Below, in pieces: positions 43,600 to 56,900 of a stretch of 64,000 bases of DNA. Below the pieces are notes generated by a model, which saw nothing but the letters and a program-made list of their open reading frames with translations, had not been told where the DNA came from and did no database searches. Position 1 is the stretch's first letter. Each line of letters begins with the position of its first letter. Location: the NCBI GenBank assembly GCA_054600435.1, contig BAAIJX010000015.1, forward strand, positions 310,001-374,000, written 5' to 3'. Position numbers and translations under genes: made by a program. This DNA is from Neophaeotheca triangularis. Its lineage: Eukaryota.

Positions 43600-46362
43600 C
43601 TAGTAGTAGACGGGGTCCTGGTAGATGGGTGGGCGACCATCCTCAGCATCCCAGACGACCTTGTTCTTCTCATCGAGGAAAGCGCCTTCGTCGGTGATGG
43701 GAATGACCCTGCTTGTGTCTCTGACCTCCTGCCTGCTGATACCGACTGGGTCGCGCGGGATCCAGAGCAAGGGCGTGACGCTCGCAATGGCAGGGTGAAA
43801 GTAGGCATCTCGCTCTGTGCGCTCGTCGTACGTAATTTCCACTTCGTTTGGCACCAGATGTCGCATAGTGCGGTAGTCGGCGTGAATGTCAGGACGGAGC
43901 CACTTTGTGAAAAAGTTCGGGCGCTTCCTGGTCGTAGAACTAGATTGAGAGTCCATGGTCTTCTCAACCCCGTCAACGTACTCGCCGTTGCCGACCCCAT
44001 TGTGGGCACGCTCGGCCTCGAGAAGCGAACGCTCTTCAGCGGCCAGGGACTTGGGCAGGTAGTTGAGCAAAGGGGTGAGAGCGCTGTTGAGGCTCACGTG
44101 GTAGAGAGCGGTGAATATGAGCATCAGAACCATGATGATCAGTGGACCAACAGCGCCAACACCACTGGCAGAGCGAATGGCGAACATGCCGATCAGGCAG
44201 ACCTCGGCAATGTAAAGGCCTACGAAAAGCTGCTGCAAGGCACGCGGGTAGATGAGTCCCATGGTCTCAACCTTTGCGTTCGATACGAAAAGGAGGTTGT
44301 AGCGGTAGGCGAAGTAGAAGAGGAATAGACCGATGGCAGCGAATCCCAACACCAGCGGTGCTATGGCGGCGTAGCATATAGCTATAACGAACAAATTCGT
44401 ATATATAGGTAGCAGTGTGCCCCATCCGAGTCCAGTCAAAGTGATCCAGCGGTTGTACATCTTGCGTGGTGTCTTGTCGAGGAATTTGCCGAGGACGAAG
44501 AAGAGCACCAGACCGACGAGGCCGACGAGGACCGAACTAACAATGGCAAGGCCCTGCAAGACGAAATAAGCCAGAAAAAAGCTGCTTGCCTTGGGAATGT
44601 TTTCGGCCAGAAGGTCGGTCACACTCAAAGGGTCTTCGGCGATGTCTGCTATGGCGGCAGAGGCGGCCGAGCCGAGTGTCGCGACGAGGAAGACTTGTAC
44701 GACCTGAAAGCCGAAGTAATAGTTCTGGACAGCGAGCTCAACAGCTCCCAGAGTCGGAACCCCACTGAGCTTGGCCATGAGGCGTAGGATGATAGGGAGC
44801 AAAGCCATCAGCACCGCGAGCAGGATGGTCGGTAGTAAACCTTCGACCACGCCCATGATGACGTCTGGGATCTCGTCGAGGAAGCTCAACCACCCTAGAC
44901 CAGGCGTCGCCTTGAGACTGTCGACATTCGAAATTGCACCGACCAAGGCAACGGGAATAGACCAAAAAATGATCAAAGCCACAACAAAGGCGGTGGTCAA
45001 GATCTGTCTGACAATACGCTCCCACCAGTTGATGCGGAGGTTGGACCATAGAATAGCGCTTGGATCGACTCCAGTGTACCTCGGACTCATCTGAAGGACC
45101 TGGTGATGGGTGACGCTTTGGAAGGCGGCCTGAGCTTCTGTCAAGGAGTCGAACTCTACAAAGACGGCCCTACCCATCTTGGCGTCGCTATTGCGCTGGA
45201 GATGTTGCATTCTTTCGACCTCCGGAATAAGCCTGCTGAGCTCCGAGCGGCACCAATCAATCGTGTCCACCTTTTTGCCGATGATGGGCTTGAGCTTGTG
45301 GGTAGGACGCTTCTTTGGGTCAAGATAGCGAGCGGCCATTGAGCCAGATTCGTCGTGCGAGATTGCGGCTTCTTCGGAGGGCGAGCGGTCATTCTTTGCC
45401 TCGGCCTTGATGCGCGCACCATTAGCAGCAGTGATCAATTTGGTCTCGGCGGCCTCGAGCTTCATAGCAGCATTGTCACGATCTTCGACCTTCTCCGCGA
45501 GCTCCTTGACATCCGTAGCAGGCCAGATGCGACGTATATGCGGGCCGAGAACGTGGCGGAGTTTGTTCGGGTCCATATAATCCGATGGCACCGAGGTGAA
45601 AAGCACAGTCCTGGAGGAGATGCGACTGGAGTAGTATGGAGACAGCAGGTAGGCCTGTCGCAAGTTGATGTAGTAGATGCTCTCGCGTGTGATGGTGTAG
45701 ATGACGAAGCTGAAGAAGATGACGGCGCAGCCAGCGTGGGCAAAGAGCTTCCACTGGTTCGTAACGTTGCCCATTGTCAAGATGTCCAGTTGTCGATTGG
45801 TGCCTCCGCCAGTTATGTTGATGGGGAAGAGGACTGGCCAGGTGATGGCGCAACCGACCAAGCACATGACGACGCAAATCTTGAGGAAGCGCAGGAAGAA
45901 GTAGCCATCGAGTGAGTGGTGACACAGGACGTAGGTGTCGGGTATCTTGATGAATGCGCCGAACCAGTTGAACAAGCCATCAGGCATGCGGGGAGAGCGC
46001 TCACTGTCGACTCGTCAGCCGATGTCCCATTGTAGCCTCCCCAAGCACCTCAAGCAATTCATTGTGGTACTCACTGCTCCCTCAAGCTTCCGAGGAATGT
46101 TCTTGGGCGGTAGTTGCGGGGAAACTTCTTGCGCAGGACCAGGAACAAGAAGAACCAGATCAGGGCGAACAGGGCAACAGGCGCGAGCACCGAGAGGACC
46201 TTGGACGCCGAGCTCGAGTTGGCCGGATCATCCTGAGCGCTCCCAACATTTGGGTCGTCGGCTTCGTTCTATAGAATTGGGGAACATGTCGTTAGCTGGG
46301 GGTTGGTCCAAAGTTTGGCGCCAACGAAGCTTGTGGGTATGCCCGAAACCTACCACGTTCAT
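43600..46362 (-). CDS. CSC1/OSCA/TMEM63 (DUF221; Rsn1/Phm7-like) mechanosensitive channel; exons 46362-46354, 46268-46075, 46003-43600
   Basis: Multi-TM protein with YRPRT, SLDGYFFLRFL, SRTVLFTSVP, AVFVEF, ILWSNL, YFGFQVVQVFLV, YRYNLLFV and PLLWIPRDPVGIS. The 9-nt first exon (MNV) is inferred from GTAGGT..CTAAC..TAG. Confidence 0.9.
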
Positions 46363-47873
46363 GCTGACCGTTGACGCGCTGACGCGAGGGCTGGCGCGAA
46401 ACCTTCGGTGGGTACAAAGTCAATTCCCCGACTCTTCCACGGGTGGAATATGGCTTGCTGCTCAGGGAGAGCTGAAATATGGCGTGCGACGCCTAAGAAA
46501 AGATGGGAACTGAAGGCACGGCGGAAAGCATGTAGAGAGTAAATGAGAGTGGTAGAGAGTGGTAGAGAGTCTCAAGAGTGTAGGAGAGGTTGCGTGAAGA
46601 TGTGGAAACGAAACACCAAAAAAAAAGAGAGTAACCAAGGCGACGGCAGTTTCATAGGCCAAGGCACAAATTGTACATGTACACCTACTTTATCCCACTT
46701 TATCCTAGCTAGACACCTTATGAAGCATCGACCATGGCCTCACCTGGTGCCCGGGCCCCTGTTCTAGGCGCCGACAGAATGATCAAATGACGTCGCTCAG
46801 GTGAGCACCGCTGTTCAATGCAGGGGAGGTGGCCTTCAAACTCCCGTCACTTCCGCCCTCACCATCAGCCTCGCCATCTTGATCCATTCTCACGACTCTT
46901 AATCAAATGTGCCAGCATGCAAATCACCTCTACCGAGCGCTTCCAGCTTTTCGCTCCGTTCGGATACAGTTCCATCATGGCAAAACTCTTCGAGCCGACT
47001 CGTGATTTCGGACAGCTATCTGCTCTGTCTGATCACTGGCGAACCCTCAGCTCGAATCAGTACCGTGACACCTGGTTGCCGCGAGATGAAGCAGCCACGG
47101 AATAACCAACCTGCCTGCTCCATTGTACTGTACTGCCTTGTACTCAGCGCTACAGCCAATTCCAAACAGCCACATGTGTACTTAGCTCTGCAGCCATCCT
47201 GCGCCATCCCCTGCCCTTCCAAGATCCCACACACAGTACTGTACATGCCATCATCTCCCTTCTTGCGCCCCGGCCTTGTACGACACTGCTGCCCGTTGTG
47301 GTACTGTGTAGTAAGTGCAATGGAACGGGCCTATACCCTCCCCTGTTGGCACCTATAGCAGTGGATCTAGACTCAACAGCTACCTACTGCCGACAGAGCG
47401 AAATACTCAAGGTAACAGGGATGGCTACAAGCGCTTCCGGCAGACGTGCATCCATTCCTCTTCCTAGACGTGGCTATAGTCGTAGGGGAGTTACCAGAGA
47501 CGGTTGTCTAAGATAGTTGCTCAAGGGGTGAGGAGAGGCGTAATCGTAATAGAATAAATCGAAACGGTGGGATACTGAAGGGGCATTCCCAATGCGTTTG
47601 TGATGCGTTTGTGATATTAAAGAAGCCTTCATGGTCCGCTCAGAGTCAGTTTAACATCAGTACCGATTCTCTTGCTTGCTTTCGATCAAGCTAAATGACA
47701 ATAGTTTAATGGCAAATTGACAGCGACACGAGCTAAAGATGAACCTAGCAAAACATCTGTACACCCTACTGTCAGAACCGTATCGTACCACAACGAGCAA
47801 AGTGGCATTCAAATGGCAACACAAGCGACCACACGTGTCCCACACGCCCGACACAACCCGTTTGCGTGTCTCC

Positions 47874-50696
47874 TCAACGCATGCTAGCAGCCGACAACCA
47901 CCCGCCATCGACAACTTCACTGACTCTCCTCAGCACCGCCTCGCCTCCCAAAACTGGTCCAAATCGCCGCAAACGCTCAACCAGACCCATCTCGACAAAC
48001 GCAGCCAGCCCATACGCGCCTTCCGACGCCTTACCCAGTTCAGAACTCGAACCGCCGCGATGCACATCCCCATCCACAGACTCCCCACTCGGAGTCTTGA
48101 CATTCGCGAGAACAATCTGCGCGGCAAAAGCGTCCATGCCAGCCGTGCGCAAGAAGCGCTCCCAGAGCGTCTCGTCGTGAAGGAGCTTGGCATCGGAAGA
48201 AGCGTTTGCGTGTCTTTGGATCAGCGCCGCCACCCAGTGCGCGAGCTCCGATTCGCCACCAGCAAGGTAATGCATCTGCATCTCGCAGTCGAGCATCGCG
48301 ATGAAACCGTTGAGGTCTGCCAAAGCGTCACAGTCTCGCTCGTCCAGGGGTTGCTCCGCTCCAGCGTCGTCTTTCACACCGGTTCGCCCTTCGCTGACTA
48401 AGATTGATAGTCTCTCGTGCCGAAGTGCAACGGCCGCTATGCGCTCTCGGAGGCCGAAATGGCCTGATTGACCGGGTAGCGCTTTCTGCTTGAGCTTTTG
48501 GAGAGTCGTCACCATGAGACCTGTGCCAGGAGAGAGCACCAAGTCCGCCTCGGTAGGTGGTGGTGTGGCGCGAGGTTGCTTTTGTGAGGCTTCTTTCGTT
48601 AGTGGTAGGCGGTCACGCTCGATGAGGTCCAGGTTTGGTAGCAATTGCTGGATGCGGCGGGTGAAGGTGCGGTTGGCTAGGAGAGTGCTGGCTAGTACTA
48701 CCTGGTGACCCCGAGTTTGATCTTCTTCTGGGGTCGGCACTGGAAGTGATGTCAAGAGATGTGCAGGAGGTGCAGCTTGAGCTGTCTGCGGTGATCGAAC
48801 GTCTGGGACAGTTGCTGCTTTTGCCTGCTCTTCTTGGGCATTTGGCAAATCTGGACGTGCCTGATCAGAGTCATATTCCTGACCTTGAAGTCGCATGAAG
48901 GTGTTCAGGTTGCCAGTTGATAAGACTTGCGCATTAGTAGAGTCCTCTATCTTGCGCTTTTTCTTCTTGACAAGGTCGTCGAGCTCCGAGTTCGCTAGCC
49001 CTGTCCTATTGACTGGCCAACTACCAAGCATAGGTTTCCTCTTCTGTGGTACCACCTCCGGAGGTACGTCCGACCTAGCACAGACTCGCCAACCCATGTC
49101 AGGTGGCACTTGATGTTCGACACGGCTGTATCCATCGAGCACTTCATGGGGTACTACAGGATCGTTGGCATGAGTTGAAAGAGCACCTTCCATGGCAGAG
49201 TAGTCCTCAAGCTCGTCATTGTCATTCTCTTGCTCCTGTACAAGCAGGAGACCGGCTCGTTGCGCAATAAGGTTGGTATCGACGGCGCCCTCAAGGTTCA
49301 GCTCTCGTAGGTACCTTGCCAGTGAGCCATCGTCGAAGTCTTCCTCGAGGCTGACTTTGGCCAGGTACGCGGGAAACGGCCGCCACGTGAGACTTTGCTC
49401 CAGCTTTGACAACCCGGCCCAATGAGCTTCATTTTTCAGCAACTCCCTGGAATTACGTTTCATCAGGTCGCCAGTGTCCCCTACCCAGGGAGGGTGCAGC
49501 GGTAACTTGTCTAGTGCGGGAACTTTTACCCGCATAGTAGTATCGACCTCGACGAGCGGTTCGTTCATGGCAAGTTGCTCGACGGAAGCTGCGAACGGTT
49601 CTACAAAATCGGCAAAAAGCGTGGAAAACTCTGCATCCACCATGCTCTGGTCAATATCAGACTGCTCGAAGGTAAGCTCTGGTACGAGATGGCGAACATC
49701 GTTGGGAAGATTAGCGGCCACGGATAGGAACTCAGGCGTGCTCTTCATGGCTTGCGGGGTCAATGGCACGTCGACTTTTGTGTGGCGGACTAATTGGCCA
49801 TGGAGAAACGGTGTTGAGAAACCAGTCCTCCATTTGCTCAAAGGACTTGGCGTCCGCGGTACATAGTCCATAGCAGTGCCCAGATCACGGCCGGGTTGTG
49901 AAGCCGCTACATCATCGGCTTCGAGCAGATTTCTCTCAACCAGTTGCGCCTCCCCAGCCATAAGATCGTCGGGCGTCGAAGTGAATGGAAGCTCAGCTGT
50001 GGTGACGATAGGGATGTCTTCGATCTCGAGTGGAGGCGACATGGGTAGCAATGGAGGCGACAACGGCGGGCGATACCATGGCTGGGCAGTGATGTCAGTG
50101 CTAGCGCGTAGTACTCGAAAGAGATCCTGTCATACCTCAATGCTATCGATTGCTGCGGACGGCTCCTCGTGAGGAGGCCTCACTGTTTGCTGCAGATACT
50201 GGATAGTATCTTGTCCAATCTCGAGTCTCGCAACCTGTATCTCGTGCTCGAATTTGACAGCCAGCTTCCCAACGGATGCGGACCACTCGAAAGACTCGTC
50301 TGCATCAGTTTTGACTGGAAAGCGTGGAAGGTCGTTCGACGTCAGGAAAACGGTATTCCGCCGGTACAGACGCTGCATTTCGGCCCCAGGGTCAGATATC
50401 ATGAGTGGAGGGTCTAGTTTGAGCTTTTTCCATGGATTTCCCGACAGTGCAGCATATTCGGCAGGCAATGCAATGACGGATGATAGAAAATCTGCAGTGC
50501 CTCTGTCTATGATCCAGCGCTCGCTGTTGACTACTTCCTTGACTGCGAGAGATGAGAAATGGAACAGGCTGTGGGCGTCCGGAGGATCTTCGAGGTCGCT
50601 GTTCAGACTGTCTGATATCTGAGGTATTAGGTGCGACAGCAACGGATCCTCGTCCATGTACTCCCGCGTGAGGCCATGTGAACGAGCGTACTCCAT
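47874..50696 (-). CDS. Hypothetical protein, probable Zip2/SHOC1-like XPF-domain meiotic protein; exons 50696-50136 and 50081-47874 (start uncertain)
   Basis: Two ORFs are joined in frame by intron 50135-50082 (GTATGA..CTGAC..CAG). The C-terminal ~270 aa reads LDLIER..EADLVLSPGTG..ETLWERFLRTAGMDAFAAQIVL..LAAFVEM..ERLRRF. The CDS is well supported; the function is inference. Confidence 0.7.
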
Positions 50697-51202
50697 GGCC
50701 GTCAGTTTTCTTGGTCGTGGGCTGCTGGGAATGACATGCTCTGGTACAAGCCTTGGCTTGGGTGTTGTAGCGATGCAGGTGGACAGAAAGAAGGAAACGA
50801 AATGAAATGGAAAGGCATCTCTAAGCATAGGATGGGATGGGATGGGATGAGGTAGGTAGGCCGCATTCCTTTTCTTCCGCCTTAATGGTATACATACCGA
50901 AATAGGCGACTGCCTTGGGTCGCGCTTGCCAAAAGAACACGAGCCTATATTGTATTGTATTGTACCGTACCACCAGACATCTCTTATCAACTTCGTCCTT
51001 GGACATGCGCATCACATGACACACTTCCACTGTCTCGATTCGTTCATGAACTGGCGCCCGTACAAAAGGCCGACTAGGTATACAACCTGGGGGTAGACGA
51101 CTGTAGAGTGATTTGCTGAGGTGGACCAAAGATGCTGGCGCTCGGAACATGCTACATCTGCTTTTCCCACGCGTGCGGCTGTTGCCGTGTCCTCTCGCTT
51201 GT

Positions 51203-51414
51203 TTGGCCACCGTGATGGCTTGCCTCGACTTCACCTCCTGAGCTCTCTACGACTACACATACCGCCGAAGGAAGCTGAATATGCACAGTGTGGGCAAACG
51301 CTGAGTGCGGGACGCGTTCATCGAGACGAGACCATCCCTAGCTTCAATGCTGGCTGCAACATGCCCTGTCAGGGCAACACTTCGACTCTCTGCGGCAATG
51401 GGCATGGTACTTGA
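51203..51414 (+). pseudogene. Decayed WSC-domain gene fragment
   Basis: TVMACLDF-TS*-ALYDYTY (stop at 51239-51241), then a frameshift to EYAQCGQTL...GCNMPCQGNTSTLCG, which follows the WSC cysteine pattern. Confidence 0.55.
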
Positions 51415-52637
51415 AGAACAGATTGGGATGGCCAGCTCATGATGAGAAATAGCTTGGTGCTCGTCTAATCGCCGCTGACACGATATACGCTTCTGCGATC
51501 CCTACCACGGCCACCCTTCCTCCCACGGAAAGCTTCATTTCGAGCTTCACTTCGACAGTGCTCGCAACGATATCGCAGCTTCTAAGGCAATGCAAACTGG
51601 AACTCATAAAACCTGGCCGCTGTCATCACAACTGCCACTCAGCATCCGGTAGACGGAATCTTAGACTCGCCTACTACCTATCATTCCGACCGAGATCGAG
51701 CTCTTAGTAGACGGAGCCTACTTGTTCGTCTGTTGGTAAAGGCACGTTTCGTTTGGGTGGTCGTTCGACTGGTATTGCTTGTCAACATTCGTTACCATAG
51801 CGACGCACAATATTACATTGTTTCGGATCGACTTTAAATTCATTATTGCTACAAGAGTAGGATATCCATATGCCGACAGAACTTCTCCAACCGACAGCGC
51901 CCTCAACGTATTGATAGCCCGCCTGGGCCATCAACATTCCAGTCTTTCGGTGCTTCAATTGCGCGAAGCTGCACAAGATGACGCTCGAGAAGCAGAAAGT
52001 ACCTAGTAGTGCAACTTTAATCGAGCGGCTCGCGGGGACTTTGTGCGCAACTTTGTAAGCAGTCGCCGAACTTCAGGGGCCAGATTCGCGCGCGCAACAG
52101 TTTCCCACCCCGTGAACATGTTTTATGGTATAAAATGTACGAACCGCAAAAATTACGAATGCCATGTGTCTTCCCGCTGATGCTCACGACCGCACAAAGG
52201 GAATGACAATATTCAGCGACGCTCTCGAGTCTTGGAATGGTGAAACCTACGGCATGTCATTGTATGCGCCAATAACGCCAAGGTAGAGGGGCGCAGAGAT
52301 GTCCTCCACCTTTAGGCCCTCGAAGTTGTTGACAACGGCTCAATGCACATTCGATCCTAACCATGCCGGCTGGTAAAAGACTTGCAGTTTCCTTCCAAGC
52401 CATGGCTTGAAGTTACACGACATTGGCAGGACCAGGCCACGTCGAACTTGTCCCCTCTTGCCATGGCATGGTTACATTGACCGGGAGATGCTGTTGCCCC
52501 GTCTCCCATGGCCCGAAGGCGAAGAAAGATGTATAATAGACGGGACCTTGCCTGCAGTGATCTCCTTTCCCCCGTCCGCAGCGCTCCATACACTCGAAGT
52601 CTGCCTTTACTTCCCAAGCTGATCACAACCGATACAA

Positions 52638-53541
52638 ATGTATACCAAGGCCATACTAGTTGGTGGCGCATTGCTCTCGCAATATGCGTCAGCTTGCCCT
52701 ACACATTCCAACAACTTGAGGAAGCGTCAGCAGACTGGCGAAGAATATTTCATTGAACCGACTGAGCAACAATGGGCATACGACGCAAGTTACGACTGGG
52801 GTAGCATCGATCCTGGTAAGCAACGAAATCTTTTGCCACCCTCTATTCCCACTGACACCCTCGCCACCAGAATACGAGCTCTGCCAAACCGGGACGCAGC
52901 AATCCCCCATTCCATTGACGCTCAACCAAGGCCTAGCCCTTACCCATCGGCCAACCTTCAATTACCCCTCTAACGTGACTGGGAACTTTTACAACTGGGG
53001 ATATGGAGCGGCCTTCACGCTGGATCACCCGGACGGCGAGTACACCGGCTTGCCTTCCTTCACTTTCGCAGAAGGCTACGGCGATAGCGGCGAGAACGAG
53101 ACCGTCTACATGACGGGCTGGCACATTCACAGCCCCGCCGACCACACCATCAACGGCGACCGCTCTCGCAGCGAATTGCACTACGTCCACGTAGATGCCG
53201 AAGGCCACGAGCGCGTCGTCCTTGCCATTCTCATGGACCCCTCTAACGACCCTTCGCCCTGGGTAACTCAGCTACCGCCTATGGTGCCTTTCAACGAGAC
53301 GGGCACGCAAATCCCGACGGCGATGAATTTGAGGCTCGCTATTGACGAAGTAGGGGATCTTTCCGAGTTCTGGACTTACAAGGGCAGTTTGACCAGCCCG
53401 CCATGTGCCGAGGGGGTTAGGTGGTATGTTGGGAGGCAGAGGCTCTACACGTCTCGGTCGCAGATGAGAGAGCTCTTGGCCGTTAGTCGGTATGCTGCGA
53501 GGCAGGAGCAGCAGGTTTGGGAGCATGAAATCAATGTTTGA
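52638..53541 (+). CDS. Secreted alpha-class carbonic anhydrase; exons 52638-52815 and 52871-53541
   Basis: Signal peptide and Kex2-like KR, CQTGTQQSPI, Zn ligands WHIH..ELHYVH, and YKGSLTSPPCAEGVRW. Confidence 0.92.
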
Positions 53542-53937
53542 TCGTGCGGTAGAGAGCGAGGATGAAGGATGGCGAGAACGTAGTCTTGATGAGGTCTTGG
53601 AGGTAGAATATCCTACCCTACCTAGTTCTGAAGTGTCTGTTCCCCGCCACGTGCTGTACCTCCACTTGCTCCGGAGGTGTCCATGCCAAGATCGCTCGAG
53701 AATTGGGAAGGTAGCGCGTAGTTTCGGAAGCCGACCCGACGAGCTAGCGAACATCATGCCGAGTGGCCAAACTTCTGAGGCATCCATATCCATAATCTTT
53801 CAGACTGTTGCTCCCCTTTCGCTTAATTCTACATTACCACGTTCCTTTCGCTCTTTGACAACAATCCTTTCGTAGCGCCAGTAAATTCAGGTGCTTTGCC
53901 GCTTTCCTGAGGTCCTCTTCAATCCTCTTGGCGAGCG

Positions 53938-56900
53938 ATGCTGGCCCGCTCGGGTGGACGAAGACAACGGCGACACACATCGCAGCTACTCGCAGCGTCG
54001 TTTGCGCAACTTCAACTACAGTTTCTAGCACCAGCACAACTACGATGGCACTCTTCAAACCCCACCCTCTCCACCTCGCCGAACAACAGGCCGCGAAAGC
54101 CTTCCGATCTCTCGAGAACAGCCGAACGCCGGATCGCTACGGCTGCGGACCAACAAACCACCTCAGCCGAGGGTTCCTATACACCGCCAAATTATAACAG
54201 CGGAGAGGGAGCCCTAGGCTCCTATCAGCACGTTCCATGGGATACGCGACCACGGCCTTCGCCTCTGCAGGCGCGCGCATCATACCTAAGACCCTACCGA
54301 GATCCTATAATCGTCAACAGTACTATCCAGTCCTCCGGAGCTCTTATTAAAGTGCAGCAAGGAGTGCATGGAACTATCTCTGACCTTCTGCAGCATCTGA
54401 ACACGAGCTTACGCGTTGGCCGGTTAGAGCGTGCGGAGGCCATCATTCAGCGTTTGGCGGACCAATGCTCGCCTGACTCGCCAGAGATTGTACATGCGCA
54501 CAATGCTTTCCTTGGAGAATCTCTGCGCACTTTAGCCACGCATCCTGACGGAAGCGAAGAAGCGCGCGATGTCTTTGCGCAAATGTCAAGATGGTTTGAT
54601 TCGGAGGTGAGAGGAAAGACCGTGGAACCCGACACGAATATGCTCGTCGTCATGATAAGAGGCGCAATACGGGCGTTAGATGGGAAGCCCCGCGATCAAA
54701 TTGTCAGACGTTTTGTTGAAATCGCTCGGGAAAGAGACCCCGAGATGCTGTACGAGGTTTTGGAATCGGAAGAGTACGATGACAATGAGTTCACCGTGCT
54801 TGGAAGGGTCTCTTCTGAACATTTTGGCGAAGAAATGGGGGAGTTGACAGCAAAGGATAAGGACCAATTCGTCGAGATCAGACGCACTGCCAAATTTGGA
54901 AGGCCGGACGGCGATATGCATGATGTACCAAAGGTTATATCAACCGAACAAAAGGGAGAGGGTCTTCGTAATGTGAAGAAGTCGATATCGGCTTTTTTTA
55001 GCCTGCCGCCCCTTGGTCCCGACGCCCCGTTTGAAGAGCAGCGCGCTCGGGCTTTCGAAAGGCAATACCAGATGGAAAGGACTGCTGTGGAGATTGCCAT
55101 CGACCAATGGCGCAAAGCAGATGCCGATCTGCGGAAGTTGGGCGTGAACACTTCAATGCAGAGGAAGCCGGTAGGAGCCCTTATGTGGGAGTGGTATCAA
55201 GCTTTGCTGCCTGTGTTGGAGCAAGAGCTTGCAGAGTGTAAGCAGACTATGGCAGAGAAAGGCAAAACCGAACATGACCGGCAATATTACGGCCCGTACC
55301 TCGAGGTGAATCCGGCGCCCACTGTCGCTGCTACTACCATTCTCCAAGCTCTCTCTTACACTGCCAAGGGGAAGGATTTCAATGATCAGGAATTTCAACG
55401 TGATATTAAGCTTTCCGAACTCACCTTGGGCATAGGGTCCGCCTTGGAGCAGGAGAGTGCAGTTCGAAGCACACAACCGCGCAGTCGACGACAGCATGAC
55501 GCCCGAAAGAGCTTGGATAAGCGTCGGTTTCTGCGGCTCATGCGACAATCGCGAAAGGTTGACGAGGGCGGCGATCCGACAAATGCCAACGGTTCTGTGC
55601 TACCTACTCCAGACCAAAACAGCCTAACTTCGTTGGGATGGCCAACTCATGTCAAAGTCAAGCTTGGCGCAGTGCTGGTCGCCAAACTTGTCGAGACGGT
55701 GCAGGTATCAGTAACACGCGAGCACCCTAGGACGCGGGAGAAAGTCACGAGGATGCAACCAGCCTTTACGCACAAGATGCCGTACACCGGAGGGAAGAAA
55801 ATAGGGGTGTTGGAGCCGAACCATTCGTTGGTGGAAATGCTCGAGAGCGAACCTATTCCCAGTTTACTCGCAAAGCGACTGCCAATGATCGTCGAGCCTA
55901 GACCGTGGAGCGGCTTCAGCGAGGGAGGCTACTGGCATTACCCTACTTCGATAGTTCGCCTGAAGTCATCAGACAAGACTGGTAGAACATATTACCAAGC
56001 AGCGCAAGACAAGGGTGACACTGGTCAGCTCATGGCAGGCCTCAATGCACTTGGCAAGGTGCCGTGGGTCGTCAACCGTAACGTGTTCAACGTCCAGCTT
56101 GAAGCATGGAATTCAGGCGAAGCGATCGCCAACTTTGCACCTCTACACCCCAAGATCGAGCCACCACCGGAGCCTGAGAACAATGGAGACTTGGACCACC
56201 GCAAGAAGTGGCTACTGGAGTGTCGCGCGCTCGAGAATAAACTGACTGGACTGCATTCACAACGATGCTTCCAGAACTTCCAGATGGAAATCGCACGTGC
56301 GATGCTCAACGAAACCATGTATTTTCCCCACAACATCGATTTTCGAGGTCGAGCATATCCGATACCACCGTATCTGAACCATATGGGCGCAGACAATGCT
56401 CGCGCCCTGCTAATATTTGCCGAAGGAAAGGAGCTTGGCCCCCATGGCTTGCGCTGGCTGAAGATACATCTTGCCAACGTCTTTGGGTACGACAAAGCAA
56501 GCTTGTCCGAGAGAGAGGATTTCACCATGTCCCATCTCGAAGAGATCTACGACTCTGTGAACAACCCACTGGGCGGCAAACGGTGGTGGCTCCGGTCGGA
56601 AGATGCTTGGCAGACTCTGGGCGCGTGTTTTGAGCTCGCTGCTGCATTGGACTCACCTGACCCAGAACGACATGTCTCACACCTACCCATACACCAAGAC
56701 GGAACCTGCAATGGCTTGCAGCATTACGCTGCCTTGGGGGGCGACAAGGCTGGCGCGGAGCAAGTCAACTTGGAGCCCTCGGACAGGCCGGGCGATGTCT
56801 ACACTGGTGTTTTGAACGCCGTGGTGGCCGAGATTGACGAAGACGCCGCTAATGGAAACAAGATCGCGCTCAAGCTCCAAGGCAAAATAACACGCAAAGT

